From: Eledone cirrhosa
Lineage: Eukaryota
Length of the DNA: 64,000 nucleotides
Assembly (NCBI GenBank): GCA_964016885.1
Contig: OZ024761.1
Coordinates: 25,854,001 to 25,918,000 of the forward strand
Reading direction: 5' to 3'
This document shows, in pieces, positions 12,513 to 24,516 of the stretch (its first letter is position 1; each line of letters opens with the position of its first letter). The notes under the pieces are model-generated. The model saw only the letters and a program-made list of their open reading frames with translations, was not told the DNA's origin and did no database searches. A program made the translations under genes and the position numbers.

Positions 12513-13489
12513 CTGAAATATGTATAGAACACCCATATATACGATACACAGTTGTACTCTGAATCGTACATTACTTCGGGAGGCAGCAGTCGGTCGTTTA
12601 AGGAAAAGCCGCCTGGCACAGATTCAGTTACATATATATACAATACTATATAATATATATATCAAAATATATGGAAATTACTCGGCAAGAAAACAAGAAA
12701 TGCAGAAAGAAAATTATATTGCGATTGATGAAATAAATATTAAATTTATCTTTCCAAAAATATATATAATTTCATAAGAAAAAATGAAAGATATAAGATA
12801 CAATTTTCGAAACTTTCAGGTCTTCCTTCCGACACAAAAATCAATTTTCGTGTCAACATTAAAAGGAAAGCGAGCGAACAGCGTTTAAAAGTCGCCTGTA
12901 ACTCTTCACGGATATTGCTTCAAAATGGCGGACTCAAATTTAGACACGGAGCCAGATTTTTTTTTTTTTTTTTTTCATAAGAGATTCCTAAGATGTTTTG
13001 CCTTTGATTCTTCCAATAGGATTGGCGTACTATCTTTATGGGTTTCTTTTTTATTGTTTTACAATTTCTTCATTCTGTAAAGAGGAGAATGCTTAAAAAC
13101 AAAACTTTTTCGACAATGAAGCGTTGACACAAAAGATGTTAATATTTATATTATTTTTCTGCACAAAACGTTTTACTTTCCTGAAAGTCGTGTCTTTACA
13201 ACTATGGATTTATATCGACATTCATATTTGAAGTATCCAGCTTTTTCCCCACATTCACCTTCCGACAACTCTCTTTGGATTTTTTTTATTTCTTGCCTAG
13301 TTTCTCTCTTTCTTTCTATCTTTCTTTTGCTCGTTCTTTCAAACTTTCCCTGTATTACCTTTCTTCCATTGAATCTTTCTGTTTTTCTTACGCTCGTTTT
13401 TTTTTTTGTCCTTTCTTACGCTCATTCTTTTGCTCTTTCTTTCTGTCATACTTCGCCTGCATTAAACTTATTCATTGCAATGTTTCTTC

Positions 13490-13900
13490 CTTAAATTTCA
13501 TCCTTTCAATTTTTTCTTTCCCTCTTTCATAATTTCCCTATATTAAGTTTGTTCCTTTCAGTGTTTATATTTTTCTTTTTTCCTTCCTTCATACTTAAGG
13601 TTCTTCCTTTCAATTTTTCTTTCTTTCCTTCTTTCATAATTCCCCTATATTAAGTTTCTGCCTTTCACTATTTGTCTTTTCCTTCTTTCCCCTTTTCATA
13701 CTTCCTCTATATTGAGATTCTTTCTTTCCTTCTTCCATAATTTCCCTATATTAAGTTTCTTCCTTTTAATTTTTCTTCCTTTCCTTCTTTCGTACTTTCC
13801 TTACATTAAGTTTGTTCCTTTCAAAGTTTTTCTTTTTCTTTTTTCCTTCCTTCATAATTCCTCTATATTAAGGTCCTTCATTTAAATTTGTTCTCTCTTT
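13490..13900. repeat. Degenerate ~55-60 bp pyrimidine-rich tandem repeat
   Basis: Recurring ttcataatttccctatattaagttt.ttccttt. Confidence 0.75.
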
Positions 13901-14296
13901 CCTACCGTTTTTCTATATATATTTCTTTATTTATTCCATACTTTTCTATATTCTTTCTTTAACGTTTCATTATTTCCAGTCCTTTATTTATATTATACTG
14001 TTATTTCATTCCACCATTTTATTCTCATTCGGAACTCACCCCATTCGTTCATTTTTATTCAGTTTTATGCTATTCCCACACTATCGGTCTCACCACTTTC
14101 AATTTATCTGTCAATCTATCGACCTATCTATCTGTCTTTCTGCTTCCTATATAACTATCCAATCATATATCACACTATCTATCTATCACGCCATTCTTCC
14201 ATCCGTACATCTATCTATCGCTATCTATCTATCGTTATCTCTCTCTCTTTCTCTCGCCATATATATATATATATATAACTCTATCCATCCATCTAT

Positions 14297-14388
<92 letters not shown>

Positions 14389-14484
14389 CTATCCATCCAT
14401 CTATTTATCTCTCTTTCTCTCTCTCTATATATATATACCTATCTTCATTAGTAACTCTATCTGTCTGTGTCTAAATATATATCA

Positions 14485-14521
<37 letters not shown>

Positions 14522-14524
<3 letters not shown>

Positions 14525-14680
14525 ATATATAAGATCAAAAGATGGTTAAATGAGTTCCATGGAACTCTTTTAACCATCTTTTTATCTTATATATTATTTA
14601 TACTCCAGTCCTACAAACTGTAGAGTGCTTCTTATCCGATATCTGCATTGCTTTATTGTACTACAATAAAACACACCTCC

Positions 14681-14683
<3 letters not shown>
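14522..14683. mobile_element. TA-embedded short element with fold-back end (family F)
   Basis: Inverted repeat 14522-14597; reverse-orientation homolog at 28907-29054. Confidence 0.75.
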
Positions 14684-14721
<38 letters not shown>

Positions 14722-14724
<3 letters not shown>

Positions 14725-15087
14725 GAGAGAGAGAGAGAGACTGAGTGAGAGAGAGAGGGAGGGAGGGAGAGTGAGTGAGTGAGAGGGAGGGAGAGTGAGT
14801 GAGTGAGAGGGAGGGAGAGTGAGTGAGTGAGAGAGAGGGAGGGAGAGTGAGTGAGAGAGAGGGAGGGAGAGTGAGTGAGTGAGAGAGAGAGGGAGAGGGA
14901 GTGAGAGAGGGAGTGAGAGAGAGAGGGAGAGGGAGTGAGAGAGAGAGAGGGAGTGAGAGAGAGAGAGAGGGAGTGAGAGAGAGAGAGGGAGTGAGAGAGA
15001 GAGAGAGGGAGTGAGAGAGAGAGAGAGAGAGGGAGTGAGAGAGAGAGAGAGGGAGTGAGAGAAAGAGAGAGAGGAGGGGGCAGAGAG
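14722..15087. repeat. GA-rich simple repeat
   Basis: (gagagagggagt)n. Confidence 0.95.
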
Positions 15088-15249
15088 ATTATATGTTCAT
15101 TGTTATGTCACGCTATTTAACGTATATTTATTACTCTAAGATGTGAGTTATTGATTTATAGATACATATTTATTGAGTGCTTCGTGCACGCACCGAATTG
15201 TTTTTTCGCAGATGTTGGCCGACTGTCACAACGATCTTACTAACCTTCA

Positions 15250-15284
<35 letters not shown>

Positions 15285-15634
15285 ATTTCCTAGGAAGGGT
15301 AAAGGAAAGGAGAGTGCTCTATATATGCTACAGAGCTATTTAATTATCTAATAAACAAATTAAGACATTTATACCATTTACCAAATGTTTTACGAAGATA
15401 ATCTTCGTGAAACCTTTGGTCACTCGAATAATTGTCTTATGTTCTTTATTACATAATTATATATATATATATATATAATTTTTTTTTAGTATATGTTGGT
15501 TGTTTACCGATACCTCAGTATGCTGATTGGAGCAATCGACGAAGTACGTAGGTTCGTTTGGTTACTCCGGAGTAATGTAAAATAAAGTAATTAAGTCAAA
15601 TTTTTCAAAATTTGGCTTCCTTTATTAAAGATGT

Positions 15635-15689
15635 ACTGCTATATATATTTCGGTGACAGCCATCATTGGCTGTGACTTCTTCAGGCAGT
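15635..15689 (-). ncRNA. Minimal type I hammerhead ribozyme
   Basis: Minus strand: actgc-CTGAAGA-agtcacagcca(atga)tggctgtcacc-GAAA-TATAT-ATA-gcagt, then AATAAA; palindromic stem III; in a TA-flanked element at ~15480-16000. Confidence 0.85.
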
Positions 15690-16000
15690 CCGAATTGGTG
15701 TGGTAGAGACAGGTACAGATGTTTTTTTTTTTATTCCAGTTACTCAGAAAAATAACAACCCAACCAGGAGCTGGACATATCGGAGTATTGGCGGGGCAAA
15801 ACACTTTAACAACATGTGTACCTGTTACACCAGTCAATCCTCCTGTTATTTTTATTTATAATCAACTCCGTATTCGCACCACCAACTACACAAACGAAGA
15901 CGGGTGAACTGCACTACGTGGAAATTCTCCACAATATTACACCAAGATTGACCATACGGAATAACCAGTTCTATCCAGTGGTGAACCAACAAAGCTAAAG

Positions 16001-16296
16001 AAATATATATATATATACGTCTACATACATATATATACATCTACATATATATATACATCTACATATATATATATATATATATATATATACGTCTACATAT
16101 ATATATATACATTTATATATATATATATATACGTCTATATATATATATATATATACGTCTACATATATATATATATATATACACATCTATATATATATAT
16201 ACATCTATATATATATACATCTACATATGTATATATAGATATATATAGATATATATATATACATCTATATATATATACATCTACATATGTATATAT

Positions 16297-16333
<37 letters not shown>

Positions 16334-16846
16334 TATATATATACGTCTACATATATATATACATCTATATATATACGTCTACATATATATATACAGATCT
16401 ATATATATACGTCTACATATATATATACAGATCTATATATATACGTCTACATATATATATACACATCTATATATATATACATATATATATATATACACAC
16501 ATCTATATATACACATCTACATATATATATACACATCTACATATATATACATATATATATATATATACACACCTATATATATATACATATATATATATAT
16601 ACACACATCTATATATACACACATCTCTATATATATACACACATCTATATATACACACATCTATATATACACACATCTATATATATATACATATATATAT
16701 ATATATACACATCTATATATATATACACATCTATATATATACACACATCTATATATATATACACATCTATATATATATACACATCTATATATATATACAC
16801 ATCTATATATATATACATCTATATATATATACATCTACATACATCT

Positions 16847-16886
<40 letters not shown>

Positions 16887-16900
16887 TTATATATATTCAT
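16001..16900. repeat. TA-derived (atatatatacacatct)n microsatellite
   Basis: Direct reading. Confidence 0.95.
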
Positions 16901-17125
16901 GTATGAGTAATACTTTATTGCATCTATATATGTGAGACACCGTGTGTAAAGGAATCGGATGGAAGAAGGAAGAAAAGGTAAAGAAAGCAGGCGATATAGA
17001 AAAAATGAGAACAAAGAGAAATTGATCGGCCGATGCCTCGAAGCTCAATATCTTTCGGTTGGCTAGGAGTAATTTATACGCATGGCTCAGTGGTTACTGC
17101 GTTGCACTTGCAAACGTGCGGTTTT

Positions 17126-18290
17126 AGATAGATAAATAGATATATAGATAGATAAATAGATAGATAGACGGGTAGGTAGAGAAACATGTAGGTAGATGGA
17201 TAGACAGGTAGGTAGAGAAACATGTAGGTAGATGGATAGACAGGTAGGTAGATAAATAGACAGGGAGGTAGATAAATAGACAGGGAGGTAGATAAATAGA
17301 CTGGTAGGTAGATAAATAGACAGGGAGGTAGATAAATAGACTGGGAGGTAGATAAATAGACTGGGAGGTAGATAAATAGACTGGGAGGTAGATAAATAGA
17401 CAGGGAGGTAGATAAATAGACAGGGAGGTAGATAAATAGACAGGGAGGTAGATAAATAGACAGGTAGGTAGATAAATAGACTGGTAGGTAGATAAATAGA
17501 CAGCTAGTTAGACAGGGAGGTAGATAGATAAATAGACATGTAGATAGATAGGTAGGTAGATAAATAGACAGGTAGGTAGATAGACAGGGAGGTAGATAAA
17601 TAGACTGGGAGGTAGATAAATAGACTGGGACGTAGATAAATAGACAGGTAGGTAGATAAATAGACAGGTAGGTAGATAAATAGACAGGTAGGTAGATAAA
17701 TAGACTGGGACGTAGATAAATAGACAGGTAGGTAGATAAATAGACAGGGAGGTAGATAAATAGACTGGTAGGTAGATAAATAGACTGGTAGGTAGATAAA
17801 TAGACAGGGAGGTAGATAAATAGACTGGTAGGTAGATAAATAGACTGGTAGGTAGATAAATAGACAGGGAGGTAGATAAATAGACTGGTAGGTAGATAAA
17901 TAGACAGGTAGGTAGATAAATAGACTGGGAGGTAGATAAATAGACTGGGAGGTAGATAAATAGACAGGTAGGTAGATAGATAGACAGGTAGGTAGATAAA
18001 TAGACAGCTAGTTAGACAGGTAGGTAGATAGATAAATAGGCATGTAGATAGATAGGTAGGTAGATACATAGACAGGTAGGTAGGTAAATAGACAGGTAGG
18101 TACATAGATAGGTAGGTAGATAGACAGGTAGCTAGATAAATAGACAGGTAGGTAGATAAATAGACAGGTAGGTAGATAGATAAACAGGTAGGTAGATAGA
18201 TAAACAGGTAGGTAGATAGACAGGTAGGTAGATAGACAGGTAGATAGATAGATAGACAGGTAGGTAGATAAATAGAGAGGTAGGTAGATA
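17126..18290. repeat. 20-bp (GATA-derived) minisatellite
   Basis: Unit ggtagataaatagac(a/t)gg(g/t)a repeated dozens of times. Confidence 0.95.
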
Positions 18291-18860
18291 TATTTCTTTA
18301 TTTGCCACAAGGGTACACAGGAAAAGGGGACAATACAAAGACACATGCCGGGGGTTTTACATACAGTCGTGCCAAAAAAAAAAAAGTTTTAACATGAAAA
18401 TATAACAATCGAAATGCCCAATAGGGGGGAGGCGTTACAAATGGGTTGTTTTATACGCCGTAGATATAACAACCCTCAACTGCAGGAGCATGTTGTGCAA
18501 GTGCTCCTTTCTTCCTTTCGCTCTCTTTTTCAACCTACAGGTTTATATACAGAGAAGGCCCAATAACTCGGCCATTCTCGCCACATTCACCCACCTTTCA
18601 GTAAATTTACTGGGGTGCAGTGCCTCTCTCTCCACTCTGATTCTCCTTCTAAAGTGGCACCTAAAGAAGGGAATGAGTTTGTTGTCCGGAGAGACAGGCA
18701 TCTGTCCTCACTCCTCTCAACCTTGTCCACCATATAACCTCTTTCACCATAGCCGCTATACAGAAGAAAACCGCCTCTCATTCGTTTTTAAATGAAGGTA
18801 GAAAGATGTAATGACATAGGCGGTTAAATTCAAACACCTTGAAAATCGCGCCAGCTAGAT
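18291..18860 (-). mobile_element. Tx1/L1-like LINE 3' end
   Basis: Frameshifted translation AMVKEVIWWTRLRG...FFRCHFRRRIRVEREALHPSKFTERW; 3' UTR ends aataaagaaatat at the (CTAT)-type repeat. Confidence 0.65.
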
Positions 18861-19680
18861 GGGTAGACAGATATATGGGTATGTGCGTGTATCTATGTAT
18901 GTTTTCGAATACGAAACGAGGAAAAGAACGCAAACAATACAGTACGGTGGGGAAATATATTAATTTGACGCTTCATATAGTAGGAAAACAGTCATAACGT
19001 TTTGGACACTAGCAGTTCATCAGAATGTAGAATTAGAAAGAAGAGGAATGAGAAAGATAGACAGTGAGGAGAAACTGAAAACAAAATTTAAGGATAAAAT
19101 GCAGATACATTCTCAGTCCGCCATTTTATATACGTGTGCCTGTGTGCATGTGTATAGCTGTATGTCCTGTTGAAGACACACAGTTAAGTTTCTGTTTTCT
19201 AATGAGGCTTAGAACGGAATAATGAAGATCCTAGCTCTGTAATTATTGCAATGTTTCTAGGCTCTCACACCCTCATCTTCAGGAGTGTTAATGGTTTGGT
19301 TTATTTTAATAGCATTTAGAAGAGTGCTATATGTATTAAGTGCATTGTTGCCCACTTTTATTATAAACTTTTCCTACAGGAAGGATGTAATAACAGAAGT
19401 AATAAATATAATAAGGAGCTGCTTCTCATGCATGCATACATACATACATATATGCATACATATATAAATACACACACACACACATATATATATATATAAA
19501 TACAAACACACACAAATACGCACACACACATAAATAGACAGACACAAAGACACACACATACACAAACACATACACACACACATATATATATATGCATGTA
19601 TACCTGCATCCCTTTGTATTTTATAATTCATCGTTAGAAATATATAGGATATCCATATGATTAAATATTTATGTGCAGGA

Positions 19681-19733
<53 letters not shown>

Positions 19734-20233
19734 GGGTTGAACGTGGGCGGTGTACGCATGCGTATATGTGTGTCTGTATGTGAACATCTGTGTGCGAGTG
19801 TGTATGAGTCTTGTTCAGTTCATATGTGTTTGAGACTGTTTGTGTGTTCGCATCTTTGTGTAACTGATATGGAATGAATTTGTATAAAGTTCGTTCCGAC
19901 GAATACAAAATAATAATAGTGAAAACAAAAATAATAATCAAAGGGTGCGCTTGAGAATACTAATCGATATATCGATTGATAAGAGAGTGCAATGCTTGGA
20001 ATCAATGGAACTTTATAAATCTAACCATTTCGAAACTGACTTTGGCAATTCCACTACATCTGCTACCATACTGCATATTCCAGCATACATTTTACCTGCA
20101 TATATTTCATTTTTGCACTCAGATTTCCTCAGAAAATCATTTTCTCTACAGAAACCTATTTCTGCAAACTTAAATAATATGCTTTTTCTGTACACATACA
20201 TATGAATGCTCTCATAAATATACATACACATAT

Positions 20234-20278
<45 letters not shown>

Positions 20279-20316
20279 TATATGTATGTGTATATACACA
20301 CACATATATGTATGTG

Positions 20317-20350
<34 letters not shown>

Positions 20351-20394
20351 TATACGCGCGTGCGTGCGTGCGTGCTTGTGGTGTGTGCGTGTGT

Positions 20395-20820
20395 GAGAGG
20401 AGAGGGAGATGGAGAGAGGGAGAGATGATAGGGAGAGAGGGAGAGATGAGAGGGAGAGATGAGAGAGAGAGGGAGGGAGAGAGAGGGAGAGAGAGAGAAG
20501 GAGGGAGAGAGAGGGAGGGAGAGAGAGGGAGGGAGAGAGAGGGAGGGAGAGAGAGGGAGTGAGAGAGAGGGAGGGAGAGAGAGGGAGGGAGAGAGAGGGG
20601 GGGAGAGAGAGGGAGAGATAGGGGGTGACGTGGTGTAGTGTAGTGTGGGGAGGGAGAGATGGGGGAGAGGGGGATACGAGAGGGGGAGATAGAGAGGGGG
20701 GAGACAGAGGGAGAAAGGGAGAGAGAAGGAGAAAGGGAGAGAGAAGGAGAAAGGGAGAGAGAAGGAGAAAGGGAGAGAGAAGGAGAAAGGGAGAGAGATG
20801 AGAGAGGAGATGAGAGAGGG
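20395..20820. repeat. GA-rich simple repeat
   Basis: Direct reading. Confidence 0.9.
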
Positions 20821-22850
20821 TGTGTGTGGCGTGGTGTAGTGTAGTGTAGTGTAGTGTGGTGTAGTGTGGTGTAGTGTAGTGTAGTGTAGTGTGGTGTAGT
20901 GTGGTGTGGTGTGACGCAGTGTCGCGTGGTGTGGAGCGGTGTGGTGTGATGTGGCGTGGTGTTGTGCAGTGTGGTGTGGCGTGGTGTTGTGTGGCGTGGT
21001 GTGGGGCAGTGTGGTGTGGCGCAGTGTGGTGTGGCGCAGTGTGGTGTGGCGCAGTGTGGTGTGGCGTGGTGTGGCGCAGTGTGGTGTGGCGTGGTGTGCC
21101 GCAGTGTGGTGTGGTGTGGCGTGGCGTGGCGCAGCGTGGTGTGGTGTGGCACAGTGTGGTGTGGTGTGGTGCAGTGTGGTGTGGCGTGGAGCAGTGTGGT
21201 GTGGCGTGGAGCAGTGTGGGGTGGCGTGGTGTGGGGCAGTGTTGTGGCGTGGGGCAGTGTGGTGTGGCGCAGTGTGGTGTGGAGTGGTGTGGGGCAGTGT
21301 GGTGTGGCGTGGTGTGGTACAGTGTGGTGTGGCGTGGCGCAGTGTGGTGTGGTGTGGTGTGGTGTGGTGTGGTGTGGGGCAGTGTGGTGTGGTGCGGTGT
21401 GGGGTAGTGTGGTGTGGCGTGGTGTGGTGCAGTGTGGTGTGGCGTGGCGCAGTGTGGTGTGGTGTGGTGTGGTGTGGTGTGGCGCAGTGTGGTGTGGTGC
21501 GGTGTGGGGTAGTGTGGTGTGGCGTGGTGTGGTGCAGTGTGGTGTGGCGCAGTGTGGTGTGGCGCAGTGTGGTGTGGAGTGGTGTGGCGCAGTGTGGTGT
21601 GGCGCAGTGTGGTATGGAGTGGTGTGGGGCAGTGTGGTGTGGCGTGGTGTGGTGCAGTGTGGTGTGGCGCAGTGTGGTGTGGCGCAGTGTGGTGTGGAGT
21701 GGTGTGGCGCAGTGTGGTGTGGCGCAGTGTGGTATGGAGTGGTGTGGGGCAGTGTGGTGTGGCGTGGTGTGGGGCAGTGTGGTGTGGCGTGGTGTGGGGC
21801 AGTGTGGTGTGGCGTGGTGTGGTACAGTGTGGTGTGGTGTGGTGCAGTGTGGTGTGGCGTGGCGTGGGGCAGTGTGGTGTGGTGCGGTGTGGCGTGGTGT
21901 GGTGCAGTGTGGTGTGGCGTGGTGTGGTACAGTGTGGTGTGGCGTGGCGCAGTGTGGTGTGGTGTGGTGTGGTGTGGGGCAGTGTGGTGTGGTGCGGTGT
22001 GGGGTAGTGTGGTGTGGCGTGGTGTGGTGCAGTGTGGTGTGGCGTGGCGTGGCGCAGTGTGGTGTGGTGTGGTGTGGTGTGGCGCAGTGTGGTGTGGTGC
22101 GGTGTGGGGCAGTGTGGTGTGGCGTGGTGTGGTGCAGTGTGGTGTGGCGCAGTGTGGTGTGGCGCAGTGTGGTGTGGAGTGGTGTGGCGCAGTGTGGTGC
22201 GGCGCAGTGTGGTGTGGAGTGGTGTGGGGCAGTGTGGTGTGGCGTGGTGTGGGGCAGTGTGGTGTGGCGTGGTGTGGGGCAGTGTGGTGTGGCGTGGTGT
22301 GGTACAGTGTGGTGTGGTGTGGCGTGGTGTGGCGCAGTGTGGTGTGGCGCAGTGTGGTGTGGCGTGGCGTGGCGCAGTGTGGTGTGGCGCAGTGTAGTGT
22401 AGTGTAGTGTGGGTGGTGTGGTGTGGTGTGATGTGGCGTGGCGCAGTGTGGTGTGGCGCAGTGTAGTGTAGTGTAGTGTGGGTGGTGTGGTGTGGTGTGG
22501 CGTGGCGTGGCGCAGTGTGGTGTGGCGCAGTGTAGTGTAGTGTAGTGTGGGTGGTGTGGTGTGGTGTGGCGTGGCGTGGCGCAGTGTGGTGTGGCGCAGT
22601 GTAGTGTAGTGTAGTGTGGGTGGTGTGGTGTGGTGTGGCGTGGCGTGGCGCAGTGTGGTGTGGCGCAGTGTAGTGTAGTGTAGTGTGGGTGGTGTGGTGT
22701 GGTGTGGCGTGGCGTGGCGCAGTGTGGTGTGGCGCAGTGTAGTGTAGTGTAGTGTGGGTGGTGTGGTGTGGCGTGGCGTGGATGGCGTGGCGTGGTGTAG
22801 TGTAGTGTAGTGTAGTGTGGTGTAGTGTGGTGTAGTGTAGTATTGTGTGT
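20821..22850. repeat. Pentamer satellite (GTGTG/GCGTG/GCGCA/GTGTA) with higher-order units
   Basis: 69-bp unit repeated about 6 times at ~22370-22770. Confidence 0.95.
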
Positions 22851-23042
22851 AGTCTTGTACGGTGTGTTTGCCTGTCTGCCTGTCTTGTCCCTAAAATATA
22901 TACTATATATATTCTCTTCTAGTTTGCCAACATATTCCAAGCAGGGTCACGTGGTGGTTAACTCGTCAAACTTGCCTTCCAGCCGGTCCTGCCTGAAACA
23001 TTATATTTATAATATAATATATATTATATATATTATATATAT

Positions 23043-23231
23043 GGCGGTGGATTGGCAGTATCGGTAGAGCGTCGGACGCCATGCTTTCTAGCATAGTTAT
23101 GTCCCTTTACGATCTGAGTTCAAATCCCGCCGGGGTTGACTTTGCCTTTCATCCTTACGGGGTCGATAAAATAAAGTACCAGTAATGTACTGGGTAATTG
23201 CTGGCCTTGTGCCTAAAGTAGAAACAATTAT
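23043..23231 (+). mobile_element. Full-length SINE family A
   Basis: tggcagtatcggtagagcg A-box, gagttcaaatccc B-box, gcctttcatccttacggggtcgataaaataaagtaccag body. Confidence 0.9.
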
Positions 23232-24016
23232 ATATATTATATATATTATAAATATTATTTAAATATATATTGTATATTATAATAAATATTACATACACAA
23301 TATACATTATATATAATGTATAATAAACACTAAATATTCTATTATATTGTAATATATGGTATGTATATTATATAGAATATATTATATATACTGGCAAATA
23401 TGAAAGTCTCTAAGAGGTGACAGTTGAGAGAAGGAAACCGCCAGAAACTGGTCTCTGGTGTCACGTGGTAATGTTTCTATAGCAACAGTGGTTCTCTTGG
23501 ACTTACCAAAGTAAGTGGAGAGGGGAAGGTAATATTTCTGTAACGCCAACCACTTCTCTCTCTCTATCTTCCTCTCTCTCTCTCTATAGAAATACAACGG
23601 GGAAGGGGAGGGTGATTTTTCTATGACACGATTACTCTCTCTCTCTCTCTCTTCTCCCCCTCCCTCTCCCTCACCGAAGATATAGAAGTGGAAAGGGGAA
23701 TGTAATGTTACTACAACGCCTGTGATACTAGGTGGCGATTCGACCGCAAGTTCTGCCAGTTTTAGCTTCTTACTTAGCTGAGCACCAGCCAGTTAGTTGA
23801 ACCACGTAACAGAGCACACATACATTTCTCTCTCTCTCACTGTGTGTGTGTGTGTACACACATGTATGTGTGTGTATATATATATACATATATATATATA
23901 CACACACACACACACATGTATGTGTCTGTATATATATACATATACATACACTCACACACACATGTATATGTGTGTATATATTTTCATACATATATAGTTA
24001 GATAGATAGATAGATA

Positions 24017-24216
24017 GTCGATCGTCAAATAGGACCGAGGAAGCAATGTTTCCATTTCTCTTTCCAATTGCTAATACTTTCTATCGGTCGCAACTCCAGG
24101 TAGAATGAGCAAAGTGAAATAAAGTGTCTTGCCCAAGGACATAACGCATCGTCCGCTCCGGGAATCGACATCACGATTAAGAGTCTAATTCTCTAACTAC
24201 TCAGCTACGCGCCTTC
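24017..24216 (-). mobile_element. SINE family B copy
   Basis: Homology to the other copies. Confidence 0.85.
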
Positions 24217-24225
24217 ACACGCACC

Positions 24226-24260
<35 letters not shown>

Positions 24261-24263
<3 letters not shown>

Positions 24264-24468
24264 AACGAGTAGGACACCGACGGCTGAGCTCAAGCCGTTT
24301 CGACCGCTAGTTCTGGACTAAAAAAAAAAAAAATGTTTTTTGTAGTCCAGAATTAGCCGTCAAAACGGCTTGAGCTCAGCCGTCGGTGTCCTACTCGTTC
24401 CTACTACCCTAAGTATTGAGTACTTTGGTGCGTTATGGTCCATCTGGTTCCTTACCCCATTTCCTTCG

Positions 24469-24470
<2 letters not shown>
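24261..24470 (+). mobile_element. Fold-back element family E
   Basis: Inverted arms around ctggact...agtccag; ends ttccttcgtt(at)n; five copies in the window. Confidence 0.8.

Positions 24471-24516
<46 letters not shown>

Noticed and set aside
17074-18105. 343-aa repetitive ORF / CRISPR-like periodicity
   Set aside because: 20-bp minisatellite without unique spacers, in a eukaryotic context.
20013-22940. 975-aa His/Thr/Pro-rich ORF
   Set aside because: Open in several frames on both strands because of the pentamer satellite.
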